Origin: a phage
Sequence record: PV636258.1
Length of the DNA: 64,000 nt
Direction: 5' to 3' (one strand)
In this document: one piece after another, positions 29,518 through 39,228 of the stretch
Layout: each line of letters begins with the position of its first letter
How positions within the stretch are numbered: the first letter of the stretch is position 1
Program-made: the position numbers and the translations under genes
Notes under the pieces: generated by a model
Database searches by the model: none
The model's input: the letters and a program-made list of their open reading frames with translations, nothing else
What the model was told of the DNA's origin: nothing

Positions 29518-29967
29518 TCAGTATCGACTATCACTGACCGTTCTGTATCGCACACCCTGAAACTGTTTAGCGAGTTTAACAAATTCCATCGCTGGCAAAT
29601 CAACTTTGTAGACCTTCATGCGCTGTTTGCCGTCCATGTTCAACGCAGCGACAAATCGGTGAGAACCGTCAACAACGTAATTGTCAGAAGACACCCAAAC
29701 TCGACCCATGGGCTTCTTATTTCTGATCTGCTTCATAATCTTCCAGACCTTCATTTTATTGATTTCGTTCTGGGTAAGACGAAGCATTTTGATAGGCACT
29801 TGCGCAGCATCTATAGACACGCCGTTGTCTTCAAGATATTTGTGAAAATCTTCTTGTTTGTCGGCATCGATTTGCGGCATCGAAGAACGAGAAAGCCCGA
29901 GGTTCCCAACAGGAATCCTCAGGCCATTTATGATATTCATCCAGTCAATAAAGGATGTAAGGAACAT
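29518..29967 (-). CDS. ParB/sulfiredoxin-like nuclease-domain protein
   Basis: YVVDGSHRFVAAL motif resembling ParB N-terminal DGHHR box. Confidence 0.5.
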   Translation of the reverse strand: MFLTSFIDWMNIINGLRIPVGNLGLSRSSMPQIDADKQEDFHKYLEDNGVSIDAAQVPIKMLRLTQNEINKMKVWKIMKQIRNKKPMGRVWVSSDNYVVDGSHRFVAALNMDGKQRMKVYKVDLPAMEFVKLAKQFQGVRYRTVSDSRY

Positions 29968-30004
29968 GACACACCTCGGGATATAGGGTTATCCCTTAGT
30001 TAGT

Positions 30005-30283
30005 TCATTCGGACTTAAACAGCAATTCGCGAACAGAAGTCCCAACGATATTCTGGGTGTTCAACAAACGAGTTAAATCATCCATGTCATATGCTGAATT
30101 GGTGATATGACGCAAGATAATCGCCAACATTCCCTCCAGCGCTCTCCGATTGTTATTCTCTTCAATGTCAAACTTAATTTCAACAAATCGAGATAGCATT
30201 CTGGATTGAGCATTTGTTTCGTTGGTTTTGCTCTGTATAATATCTTTGATTTCCGAACGAGCAATACTTCTTTGATCTGTCAT
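30005..30283 (-). CDS. hypothetical protein (92 aa)
   Basis: ATG 30283; hairpin+ATTTGAAA element directly upstream. Confidence 0.5.
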   Translation of the reverse strand: MTDQRSIARSEIKDIIQSKTNETNAQSRMLSRFVEIKFDIEENNNRRALEGMLAIILRHITNSAYDMDDLTRLLNTQNIVGTSVRELLFKSE

Positions 30284-30335
30284 GATATAGTTCCTTCATT
30301 TCAAATGGGCGGGGCAAAGATACCCCGCCGTGGGT

Positions 30336-30842
30336 TTATAGGGTAATAAGTGATACGGTAAAAACCATCGTCCCATCTGTTGCCATTTTTCTTGAAACTG
30401 GGAAGACGCGAGGCTGGCAGAATATCCATTCTTTCTCCATGGACGCCAAGTCCAGCATATCCATTTCTGATTCATCGTCTTTGTTCACAAATTTTTCTAG
30501 AGAACCAAAGACATTAAGCCCCTCTGGGAGTCCGTTTCGATGTTTGTAACAAATGCGAGCAACAGCTCTGGTTCCATACGATTTAGAAAATTGTTTGGCC
30601 ACATGCTTCAATTCACTGAAGCTGAGACAAGAATCCCATGTCTGGAACATGTCGCCTCGTTCAAACATCATCTCTAAACGCACAACGTCCTCTTTAGGCA
30701 ACCCACGATAAAGTGTGGTCATCTGCGGTTCGCGAAATTCTTGCACCAGATCACGGACGACAGGAGAAACAGTGCCAGGGCGCATAATATGGGACTTATC
30801 ATGGACGAGGTAAAATAAATCTTGAATTTGTTGATCGGTCAT
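30336..30842 (-). CDS. hypothetical protein (168 aa)
   Basis: ATG 30842 with AGGAA SD; hairpin+ATTTGAAA element upstream. Confidence 0.55.
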   Translation of the reverse strand: MTDQQIQDLFYLVHDKSHIMRPGTVSPVVRDLVQEFREPQMTTLYRGLPKEDVVRLEMMFERGDMFQTWDSCLSFSELKHVAKQFSKSYGTRAVARICYKHRNGLPEGLNVFGSLEKFVNKDDESEMDMLDLASMEKEWIFCQPRVFPVSRKMATDGTMVFTVSLITL

Positions 30843-30901
30843 GGTGTAGTTCCTGCATTTCAAATCGACGGGGTAATCATACCCCGCCCTAAGTTATAGA
30901 A

Positions 30902-31141
30902 TTAACTGACGTGCTTCAGAAGAGCGAAGAGGATCACGGCCTTGGCTTTCACCTTGCCGACGATGCCTGTCTCAACATCGACTTCTTCCGCAACCCACTC
31001 TTTACCCTTCTTGCTAATGATGACGTCGCGGCGCTGGACGTATACCTCTTTCGTCGCATACACACGACGGAACCCTTTAGCGCGGAGCAAGCCCCAATTA
31101 CGGTCAATCTCCACTGAAGTTTCTACCATTTTGTTCTTCAT
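30902..31141 (-). CDS. hypothetical protein (79 aa)
   Basis: ATG 31141; early promoter upstream. Confidence 0.5.
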   Translation of the reverse strand: MKNKMVETSVEIDRNWGLLRAKGFRRVYATKEVYVQRRDVIISKKGKEWVAEEVDVETGIVGKVKAKAVILFALLKHVS

Positions 31142-31192
31142 GATATAATCTTACCTTTCAACCTGGTGAACCCATCGTTCGCCAGTTATTGA

Positions 31193-31221
31193 ATAATACG
31201 CATTTGCCTTATAGAAGTAAA
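31193..31221 (-). promoter_or_regulatory. sigma70-like early promoter TTTACT-N17-TATTAT
   Basis: minus strand TTTACTtctataaggcaaatgcgTATTAT after hairpin 31237..31258. Confidence 0.4.
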
Positions 31222-31264
31222 CCCCTAAAAGTAAAAATCCCCAACGTTTGTTGGGGATCTTCAG

Positions 31265-31582
31265 TTACTTGCGCAGGGCAACGACGAGTTCAGCTAACTC
31301 TCCGAGGGTAGGATCATCTCCATGTTTACCCACCCACTCGTCACTAATTTCTACATCGTACTCTTCTTCGATTTCCATGACCAGCTCAATCATGTCAAGA
31401 TCGTCACCGCCGAGATCATTCTTAACCCGTAACGGCGCTAAAGCATCGATATTATCATCAATGTTATCAAACTTGTCCTTGTGATCCCCGTTGCGCCAAG
31501 TTTCCATGTTCAGGTTGTCACAAGCGTACTGAGCCAGAACACGCATTACTTCAACATAAGTTGGTTTGTTTGACATAAGCAT
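31265..31582 (-). CDS. acyl-carrier-protein-like protein with Asp in place of the phosphopantetheine-attachment Ser
   Basis: DLGGDDLDMIELVMEIEEEYDVEISDE aligns with ACP helix II ([27 protein letters not shown]); codons GAC GAT CTT GAC verified on the DNA. Confidence 0.7.
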   Translation of the reverse strand: MLMSNKPTYVEVMRVLAQYACDNLNMETWRNGDHKDKFDNIDDNIDALAPLRVKNDLGGDDLDMIELVMEIEEEYDVEISDEWVGKHGDDPTLGELAELVVALRK

Positions 31583-31619
31583 ATCTCAAAATGAAGGCGG
31601 GTTTCCCCGCCAGTTGAAT

Positions 31620-33836
31620 TTAGATTTTGACTTCTTTTTCAGCCAGTTCGGCAGTGACGGTGTATTTCACCCCATCAACTTCCACATCCATAGTGGATTC
31701 TTCCAAATCCAGGTCGGTAAACCAACCATGGCCTGCAACAATCCCATAAACTACCTTGGACAGCGTTTTGTTCAGGGCGCGGACTTCGTTGATAGCTGCT
31801 TTTGCTGCGTCTCCGATCCAACTTTCGATCAGCTTTTTCTGAGTCTCTTCCGGTACGCTGGTGATCATCGGTGATTTAACGAATGCATTGTATTCAGCCA
31901 GGGCATTAGCGATCAGCTGATCAGCGACATTCAGTTTTTTACCGTCCGTCTGTTTTTTGATAACAGACGCGATGCTCGGCAGTGAAGATGCGCCTTTGAT
32001 TTTCACATTCAATTCACGACTCATATAGACATCGGTTGATTCTACAGAAGAAGTCTTCGGTGAAAATCCATAGTCGCGAATGCCGTTTGCTGACAGGAAA
32101 TCAGCCGCTTCTTTGCCATATTTTGAAGCCAGACCAGTAGCGTTGCCTTTGCCAACCAGTTCATCACGGTAGAATTTCAGAACTTTCTGTTTTGCCTTCA
32201 ATGCTTCACGGCGCACATTGTCTGCAAAGAATTCAGCAGCACTGATATTCTTTGTCATGGCGCGGTTAACCATTGGGACACTTTCCAGATTTACAATGAA
32301 GACTTCCGGCCCACCAAACACATGAACACCCATGGCAGTCAAATCCTGTGCCACCTTAGCCCGAACAATCGGAGAATCTGCAGTGATAGGCATTGTTTTC
32401 AGGTTGATGATACCATCCTTGACAATAGTGTAATTACGATAACGCCAGGTTCCCAGCTCTTCAGGAAGTTCATATTTCTTCTGTACAAACTCAGGCACAA
32501 CAACCGTTCCGTGTTGAACTGTCTGCACACTGATGTTAGGACGTTCTGAATTATAGACCAAATTGCTGATCGGGACAATCCCTTTATCATCTGCTGGATT
32601 GAATTCGGGGGTCCAATCTTCGTGCTCGGCCAGTTTGAGCGCCAGGGCTTTACGCTCTTCTTTAGAAGTCGCATTCGCAATCTCTTCGGCCAACTTGTCT
32701 TCGGTGTCATCAACTTTCTGTACAGTACCGCGCCCAATGCTCTTGTAAGAGAATAGCGGATGCTTGGTGACGATAGAGACATCTGCTTCAGCCAGATACG
32801 TCAGAACATCAACAATGGTGGTGGCGTCTTCAGCCGGAACCATATTATAATCGATGCCATCAACTCCTCGCAGAGATTCGTCTACGATAGCCTGAGTCAG
32901 ATCGACTTTGATGTTGGAATAGTCCTGCTTGGTGAAACAGTTGCTGTATTGTTTGATGAAGCGGACGTCACCCGTCTTCTTCAGCGCGGCCCAGACCAAA
33001 TCGGCGTCCATGGTGTACACGCCATAGAATGCCAGCACGTATGCCGCCTGGGTGTCTGCCAGATTATCCAGCTGGTCGATCATGTTGGGGTTTACAACCC
33101 ACAGCTGAGAAACGCTTTCAGGGATGCTGACGTGGCCAATAGGGTGCTCTTCATCAGGATGCACGGCTAAAACAGTCGCCACACCATTTTCAACATAAAT
33201 GGCATGGGTGTAAACCAGGGGAACATCGACCACCACTTTCGGTGAAGAAGTTTTCAGCACGTTTTCCAATTCGGTCTGATATTCATTCTGGCCTTCGGCG
33301 AATACGTGGGTCGCACCAGAACGTTCTGCCATTAGCCCCAGCAGTTCGCGATTACAATACCAACCGTATTCGATGAAGGTAATGTTATCAAACGCTTTGG
33401 GCAGTACTTCAGCGGCATCCAGGATTTCATTAGAACGCCAGCAGTTGTCATATCCGTCGGTCATGAATGCCAGGTTATTAACATAACCAGGTTTATTCAG
33501 GCTAATGGCAGTTTCCGCAGCCAATTTCAGCGGCTCAACAAAACCAGTACAACCAGAAGGCTTCAGGAAACGGTCAATTAGATTATTGATCTCACTGAGA
33601 TCAGTTGCACTGTTAATCTGACGTCCGGCAAATACCGTTCCGAAATCACCGCGAGATGAAAAGTAAAGGATGCTCACAGTATCTTCCGGTTTCACCAGGG
33701 AAGGCAGGTTCTCCTTCAGATGCTTACGGACTTCTGGAAGTGAACGATACATGGAACCGGAGATATCCACAACGATTACATGGTTAGACGGCGCGACGGT
33801 CGCAACCGCATTCTTAAATGTTAATGATTCAATCAT
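31620..33836 (-). CDS. von Willebrand factor A-domain protein (738 aa)
   Basis: N-terminal vWA with MIDAS DISGS (VIVVDISGSM); long C-terminal region unassigned; ATG 33836 preferred to track start 33974 (TTG). Confidence 0.75.
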   Translation of the reverse strand: MIESLTFKNAVATVAPSNHVIVVDISGSMYRSLPEVRKHLKENLPSLVKPEDTVSILYFSSRGDFGTVFAGRQINSATDLSEINNLIDRFLKPSGCTGFVEPLKLAAETAISLNKPGYVNNLAFMTDGYDNCWRSNEILDAAEVLPKAFDNITFIEYGWYCNRELLGLMAERSGATHVFAEGQNEYQTELENVLKTSSPKVVVDVPLVYTHAIYVENGVATVLAVHPDEEHPIGHVSIPESVSQLWVVNPNMIDQLDNLADTQAAYVLAFYGVYTMDADLVWAALKKTGDVRFIKQYSNCFTKQDYSNIKVDLTQAIVDESLRGVDGIDYNMVPAEDATTIVDVLTYLAEADVSIVTKHPLFSYKSIGRGTVQKVDDTEDKLAEEIANATSKEERKALALKLAEHEDWTPEFNPADDKGIVPISNLVYNSERPNISVQTVQHGTVVVPEFVQKKYELPEELGTWRYRNYTIVKDGIINLKTMPITADSPIVRAKVAQDLTAMGVHVFGGPEVFIVNLESVPMVNRAMTKNISAAEFFADNVRREALKAKQKVLKFYRDELVGKGNATGLASKYGKEAADFLSANGIRDYGFSPKTSSVESTDVYMSRELNVKIKGASSLPSIASVIKKQTDGKKLNVADQLIANALAEYNAFVKSPMITSVPEETQKKLIESWIGDAAKAAINEVRALNKTLSKVVYGIVAGHGWFTDLDLEESTMDVEVDGVKYTVTAELAEKEVKI

Positions 33837-34005
33837 CGTTTTGACCTTTTTGGGCTTTGGAGTGTTTGGAGTTCGCGTCGGCGTTCTCCAGCATAGTTTC
33901 AATGAAATCCCGGTTGTTTTCCATTTGGGCGACCAGAACATCACTGGGACGGAATGAATTGTCAAGACAATCAAGTCCGGCGCGTTTTAATTTGTTGTCG
34001 GTCAT
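33829..34005 (-). CDS. small hypothetical protein (58 aa)
   Basis: ATG 34005 downstream of promoter-like TTGGCA...TATAAT; stop 2 nt before vWA ATG. Confidence 0.35.
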   Translation of the reverse strand: MTDNKLKRAGLDCLDNSFRPSDVLVAQMENNRDFIETMLENADANSKHSKAQKGQNDD

Positions 34006-34155
34006 CAGGCTCTCGTGAGTTATATTTCCCAACTATTTCAACATGGGACTATTATATTACGACAGGCGGTATTGATGCCAATTAATATAATAAAAATGCC
34101 CGATTGAATATAACCGGGCATTATATTATTGACAGGTTGAAATATTATTCAGAGC

Positions 34156-35028
34156 TTATTTAAAGGAGTCTACAATGGATTTGAAAATATAATCTTTGGA
34201 GCGTTGTTGTACCGGGAGTTCTCCATACGGAACCATGCAAGGGTGTTGCTTGGTCTGAGGGTCTTTGACTGGGCCATACACCCATCCCTCAGCCTCCTTC
34301 TCCGCCATCCAGCTCTCATGCGATTCGCTGGGCTTACGATCACCAGTGAGATGGAAGATAACACCTTTGCAAGCGCTCTCACGCTGCCAGGCCGGAGATT
34401 GTTCCCAAGGCAGTTGAGAGTCGTCACCAACAGACTTGCAGTATGCGCGGTTGGCTTCATGACAAATCTTGGCGATGCGCAGAACCAATGGCGAATAAGT
34501 GAGATTGAGTTTGGAGTTGGCGCGCAGGAAATCACTAACAGCCTTACGAGATTTGGCGTTGTGAGAGTCAACAACAAGTTCCATGTCATCCGGCCCACAA
34601 ACGAAAGACGCCAAGAAGCGCTCGCCATTTTCCGCTCTGAACATCACGTCCTGAATCATCACATTGAAGCCGAGGTGATAGGCCGGGCAGAGGGCGCTAC
34701 GTTCAACAGCGTATTGATCGATCCGGATCTCTGCCGTTTCCGTGGCTTTGGCCAACAGATCTTGTTCAACAAGCGCCCGGTACGCCTCCAGCTGCCACAG
34801 CTGGTCGAAGGTGTTATTGTAGGAAATCTCTTTGCCCAGGGCTTCATCGAAGTTGGCCGGGTCTATGGATGTGCTGGGCTTGGTGCCGTGAACGACGAAG
34901 CCGTTATCCATCTTGAAATGACAAGTGATAGCCCGGTGACCGCCGACTTCGCGGTCTTCGTAAATCACCTCAGCGATATGTGACTTCAGGACTTCAGGAG
35001 TGAGTTTGATGCCAGTACGAGTTGTCAT
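34156..35028 (-). CDS. RyR-domain protein (290 aa)
   Basis: C-terminal HESWMAEKEAEGWVYGPVKDPQTKQHPCMVPYGELP matches ryanodine-receptor (RyR) domain signature; AGGAT SD. Confidence 0.65.
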   Translation of the reverse strand: MTTRTGIKLTPEVLKSHIAEVIYEDREVGGHRAITCHFKMDNGFVVHGTKPSTSIDPANFDEALGKEISYNNTFDQLWQLEAYRALVEQDLLAKATETAEIRIDQYAVERSALCPAYHLGFNVMIQDVMFRAENGERFLASFVCGPDDMELVVDSHNAKSRKAVSDFLRANSKLNLTYSPLVLRIAKICHEANRAYCKSVGDDSQLPWEQSPAWQRESACKGVIFHLTGDRKPSESHESWMAEKEAEGWVYGPVKDPQTKQHPCMVPYGELPVQQRSKDYIFKSIVDSFK

Positions 35029-35036
35029 GTGTTATC

Positions 35037-35411
35037 CTATGATATTTGTTTACAGACCTCCACTACTTTACGGCACATGACGATATCGAACAAGCCGATA
35101 TGGCAATCGCGCTTCTTGATCCCCAGATTATGAGCCAGCCAGCTGTAAGCATCACTCCTGCTCCTCTGCCCACTTTTCCAGATAGGGTCAAACGACCTAT
35201 GAGCTTCCTGCTTAGCAGCACGGAGAGCGGCATTCGCCATCCTTCCCAGAGGTTGTCTACCATCCCCATGGGTATGGCAACCCACACGAGCGTCGCATGG
35301 CGAGCATCCCCAGAACTTCAGTTTGTGTAGATCTGGGCGATGAGGGTAGAGTACATCACCACTGACGTATTTGGCAGGAAGACCGCAATAATCACAAATA
35401 ACTTGTTTCAT
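35037..35411 (-). CDS. Cys-rich zinc-ribbon protein (124 aa)
   Basis: CDYCG...CSPCDARVGCHTH cysteine cluster. Confidence 0.55.
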   Translation of the reverse strand: MKQVICDYCGLPAKYVSGDVLYPHRPDLHKLKFWGCSPCDARVGCHTHGDGRQPLGRMANAALRAAKQEAHRSFDPIWKSGQRSRSDAYSWLAHNLGIKKRDCHIGLFDIVMCRKVVEVCKQIS

Positions 35412-35422
35412 ATTCTTTACCT

Positions 35423-35447
35423 AAAAGAAACCCCGCACACGGCGGGG
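35423..35447 (-). terminator. rho-independent terminator
   Basis: hairpin ccccgc/gcgggg followed by TTTCTTTT on minus strand. Confidence 0.55.
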
Positions 35448-35470
35448 TTGCTCAGGCCGGAGCCGACAGA

Positions 35471-35842
35471 TTATTTCAGGAGTTTTTCCAGTTCTTCAAC
35501 AGAGAGACCTTCCAGTTCCTGCTGTTTCTTACGCTGGATCAGTTCCATGATCGCCTGGTTATTCGCTTTACGTTCGGCGGCGGTTGCGCTTTCGTCACGT
35601 TCTTTCAGTTTAACACCGATGATCGCTTTCACGATATCGAAACGCAGTTGTAACTGAGAGTCGACTGCGCTTTTCACGCCGATGAAATCTTCTTCATCGC
35701 TGGCGGCTTCCTTCACCTGACGGCTGAGGTCTTTCGCCAGTTCGTTTAGGGCATTCAGGTTCAGATCCCAAACCTGCTCAACAGACAGCAGACCTTTGTT
35801 AGAGTTGAAACGCAGTTTTAAACGGGTTGCTTGATCAAACAT
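35471..35842 (-). CDS. hypothetical coiled-coil protein (123 aa)
   Basis: ATG 35842 with AAGGAA SD. Confidence 0.55.
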   Translation of the reverse strand: MFDQATRLKLRFNSNKGLLSVEQVWDLNLNALNELAKDLSRQVKEAASDEEDFIGVKSAVDSQLQLRFDIVKAIIGVKLKERDESATAAERKANNQAIMELIQRKKQQELEGLSVEELEKLLK

Positions 35843-35880
35843 TTCTTTGTTCCTTATTACGAATTTGTGGTCAAAATCAA

Positions 35881-37899
35881 TTAGAAAATGACTTTTACAG
35901 TACGGTTAAACGCGCCGGACACTTTGACGAACACGTGGTTGCGTTGCGTCGTTGAGAATCCCAGACCGGACAGTTGGTTTTCATTCGGCTGGACTTTCAT
36001 TTTACTACCCAACATTTCAAAAACCTTACGATGTTTATCCAGTTCTGGCTTCAGATATTCGTTGTAGAAACCACGAGTACCTTCAGGATTAGCACAGCCT
36101 TCAAGAATGAAGAACACGTGCTTGTTACCAGTTTGCTCCCCATCCCAATGGTTTGGTGAATTCAGGACCAGCTGTACTTTCTGGAAGGTCGCAGTCTTGA
36201 TACCCCAAACTTCTTTAGACTTATCAACATTAGCCAGTTCGGACTTAATGCCAACAACTTGTTTGTCTTTAACAGTCAGGATGACTGCAGTGATACGCCC
36301 CTGATCTTTCAGGCCAGGATGGCTGAAACGATGCGTTGCGCCTTTGTATTCTACTTCGACTTCAAACCCTTCGTCGATTTTTTCACGTTGATTGTAGTTG
36401 TGGATTTCGAAACGGTATTCACCATCGCGCAGCTTGCTTTCATCTGTAAAGATGATATTTTCCACCGGAGCGCGGTTTGGATCAATACCATCCATACCGT
36501 TCATATCGATATCCAGATGGGCACCTGTCATAGAGCGGCGATCGCGGAAGTAAACGTGCTCCATGTTGTTGAACATATGCAGATCGAGGTCGTCGTTATT
36601 GTGCCACGCCAAGGAAACGCGCAGATACCCGTCAACTTTACCACCAGCAGCCTTTACACGTTCTTTAATGGAATCGGTCACTTCACCGTTGTAAGACCAG
36701 GAGAAACCGTTGTTCCACTTGAACAGGTTAGGCGCATCTGGGTTCGCCGGAGCAACCAGGGACATCAGGTTGCTAGTGTGAGAATTCTCTACAAGCACTT
36801 CCATTGAATGCGCTTTTGGCAGAACATTGCTCAGGAAATCATCAACGCTGATCTCTTCAACTTTTTCCAGGGACTTGGTCGGAGTTTTCACTTCGGCGGC
36901 CAGCTGAGCAAACGGATCCATCGCTTTCTGAGCAGCCAGGTCGGCAAACAGAACGTTGTTGATGGTCAGATCATCGTAAACCGCATAACGACGCGCCAGT
37001 GAGTCTTCCAAACCCAGAGCAATAACTTCTTTCTGAGCGTTTTCGATCATGGATTTTGAAACCAGCGCTGTCGGACGTTTGTAGTTCGCCGGAGCAACTT
37101 TGGATTCAAACGATTTAACAGCCTTTTCCAGTTCCACGCCTTCGCTGATATCTGTCAGCAGAGTGCCGATAACTGTGTTACGGATGCCGTGTGGAACATG
37201 ATTGTTTGAACGGTATCCAGTATGCCATGCCCAAAGAGAACGGGCTGATTCGGGGACTTGTTCATATGCCTTTTTGGTTTCAACAAATCCCTTCACTGCT
37301 GCTTTGTGTTCTGCGCCGCGATACAGAGAATTCTGGTCAATCAGTTCCAGAACGATTTCAGCTGATTCCAGAGTAATTTCACGCAGACCGCGTTCAAACA
37401 ATTCAATAGCCTGGCGGATTTCACCTTTTTTCGAAGCGATTGCGTCCGGACGCAGAACATAGCTACCAAGTAATTGGGTATGGAAATGATTGTAAGTACG
37501 GATTTTGCCATCTTCACCAGATTCGTGATTGTGAGACAGGCCGACTTTGGCAGAATCGTTAAAATAAACATCGACGATTGCGTGTTGTTTGACATAAGCG
37601 GAAAGAGCCGCAGCCACCACGTCATATTCATTACCCAGATCAATGTTGTCCCAGATGGAAATCACGTTCAGCTCTGAATCGATGGTGACAACACCGCCGA
37701 TGTTACGGATGAATTGTTTACAGCAGGTGCAATCGTGTTCAGTACGTTCGCGGTACAGCGGGTTAGTACCAGCAGGGAAAGATGCCAGATACAGATCCCA
37801 AAGAGCATCTTTATCGATATTGGTCATGAACAGACCAGTTGCGGACATCGCCAGCACGTTGTTATTAACTGCCGTTGCGAAGGGTTTGAATTCTGCCAT
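35881..37899 (-). CDS. large hypothetical protein (672 aa)
   Basis: ATG 37899 with AGGAAG SD; no family-B polymerase, P-loop or other recognisable motif. Confidence 0.7.
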   Translation of the reverse strand: MAEFKPFATAVNNNVLAMSATGLFMTNIDKDALWDLYLASFPAGTNPLYRERTEHDCTCCKQFIRNIGGVVTIDSELNVISIWDNIDLGNEYDVVAAALSAYVKQHAIVDVYFNDSAKVGLSHNHESGEDGKIRTYNHFHTQLLGSYVLRPDAIASKKGEIRQAIELFERGLREITLESAEIVLELIDQNSLYRGAEHKAAVKGFVETKKAYEQVPESARSLWAWHTGYRSNNHVPHGIRNTVIGTLLTDISEGVELEKAVKSFESKVAPANYKRPTALVSKSMIENAQKEVIALGLEDSLARRYAVYDDLTINNVLFADLAAQKAMDPFAQLAAEVKTPTKSLEKVEEISVDDFLSNVLPKAHSMEVLVENSHTSNLMSLVAPANPDAPNLFKWNNGFSWSYNGEVTDSIKERVKAAGGKVDGYLRVSLAWHNNDDLDLHMFNNMEHVYFRDRRSMTGAHLDIDMNGMDGIDPNRAPVENIIFTDESKLRDGEYRFEIHNYNQREKIDEGFEVEVEYKGATHRFSHPGLKDQGRITAVILTVKDKQVVGIKSELANVDKSKEVWGIKTATFQKVQLVLNSPNHWDGEQTGNKHVFFILEGCANPEGTRGFYNEYLKPELDKHRKVFEMLGSKMKVQPNENQLSGLGFSTTQRNHVFVKVSGAFNRTVKVIF

Positions 37900-38018
37900 G
37901 GTATAGTCTTCCTGTTTCAGTTCAAATGTGCGCCCCGTTTGCCAGGGCGCTTCGTTTAAGTGAGGTCAATAATACGTTGAAAAGAGTTATTGAAGAATGA
38001 AGTAAAGGGAATCTTTAT

Positions 38019-38243
38019 TCAGACGATCTTACCGCCGTCACAAGGCCGAGTATCACCGGAGTTGTATGCCAGCATCCCCTGCTTCATCAAACGTCTCGGC
38101 CCAGAAACTGATTTCTGTTTCCTCAGCGTGTTGCAAAACCGAGTATTGCCTGGGTAAGGAGTGTACACGAGACGTCCTTCCATACGGGCTTTCAGAAGAA
38201 ACTCATCAGTCGCTTTACACAGTTTGAACAATTTCCAGCTCAT
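38019..38243 (-). CDS. hypothetical protein (74 aa)
   Basis: ATG 38243, ATGA overlap with HNH gene stop. Confidence 0.4.
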   Translation of the reverse strand: MSWKLFKLCKATDEFLLKARMEGRLVYTPYPGNTRFCNTLRKQKSVSGPRRLMKQGMLAYNSGDTRPCDGGKIV

Positions 38244-39169
38244 TTTTCACCCTTGTATCTTTTTAACCATTTTACGCATTTTAATGGTTCCCAGCCTTTA
38301 TTGAAACGTTCGATTATCCCACTGGTGGCATTAAACGCCTTCAGATCTTTTGTTCCATACACGAACAAGAGGGCTTCTGAACGTTTCATCGTATTCAGGG
38401 CTTCAAGGAATTGATCAGCTTTCTCCCAATATACGTCATTGTCGGGGTTCCATTTACCCTTCTCCCAAGGCATCTTAGCCAACATGCCTTTCTGAGCGTT
38501 TTCTTTCTGTTTGGCGCGTTGCTCTGGTGTGAATGAGTTGGTTAAGTCCTTCCCATAATTGGGATTGAGTTCCCCAAGTTTAGCTTTCCTGGCACGTTCA
38601 GAAAATTGTTCTAAATCCATGTTGGCGCGGCGTTTCTCTAAAACCCGCCTTTTATATTCAGGATCAGAAGCCATCCTTTCATGGATTTTCATCAATCCTT
38701 TGGTAATTTTCTTGACTTGCTCTGGAGTTCTCTTATACCCATATTGGGGATTATTCTTTCCTCTTCTCCCATACATTGGGTTGTTTGCCCCGACGCATTT
38801 AGAGACACCCTTTGTGAGTTTGGATATTCTTTGTCCAAATTCTTTCCTTAACTTTTCGTAAAGGTGAGAATTAAATTTTATGCCCGTTGGTGTATACCTA
38901 CCCCCACGGCTCATCAAAAGAACAGCATATACCATATCAGAATTCGGGAAAGCCAAGGCCAAACACACATGGGCAAGATAATGTTGCCTGCCAGTAAGTC
39001 TTGCCAAATTGATCTTGTCTTTGGAATATTCAGGGAACATGCTCTTGGGAAGGATGTGGTGTAATTCGGTGTAGTCACCATCAGGATATTTGAAAGATTG
39101 AATCATCCTCAAATACTTCTTGATAAAATGCGGTTTACCGCCTTTAGAAATCAATAATTCGTAAAACAT
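38240..39169 (-). CDS. HNH homing endonuclease with NUMOD-like repeats (free-standing)
   Basis: ELHHILPK...HYLAH His-Me finger motif; repeated NPMYG/NPQYG/NPNYG motifs; GGAG SD. Confidence 0.7.
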   Translation of the reverse strand: MFYELLISKGGKPHFIKKYLRMIQSFKYPDGDYTELHHILPKSMFPEYSKDKINLARLTGRQHYLAHVCLALAFPNSDMVYAVLLMSRGGRYTPTGIKFNSHLYEKLRKEFGQRISKLTKGVSKCVGANNPMYGRRGKNNPQYGYKRTPEQVKKITKGLMKIHERMASDPEYKRRVLEKRRANMDLEQFSERARKAKLGELNPNYGKDLTNSFTPEQRAKQKENAQKGMLAKMPWEKGKWNPDNDVYWEKADQFLEALNTMKRSEALLFVYGTKDLKAFNATSGIIERFNKGWEPLKCVKWLKRYKGEK

Positions 39170-39228
39170 AACAGGAACTCCAAATGAAAGTTCCTGTTAT
39201 AATATACTTTCTTAACTCACAAAGTAAG

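Noticed and set aside
33836-33974. Track start of the vWA ORF at 33974 and of other ORFs at their 5'-most codon
   Set aside because: Several track starts are TTG/GTG/ATC codons without SD and overlap upstream genes; internal ATGs with SD were used instead (for example 33836, 5369, 6293, 7195, 41782, 44044, 61571).
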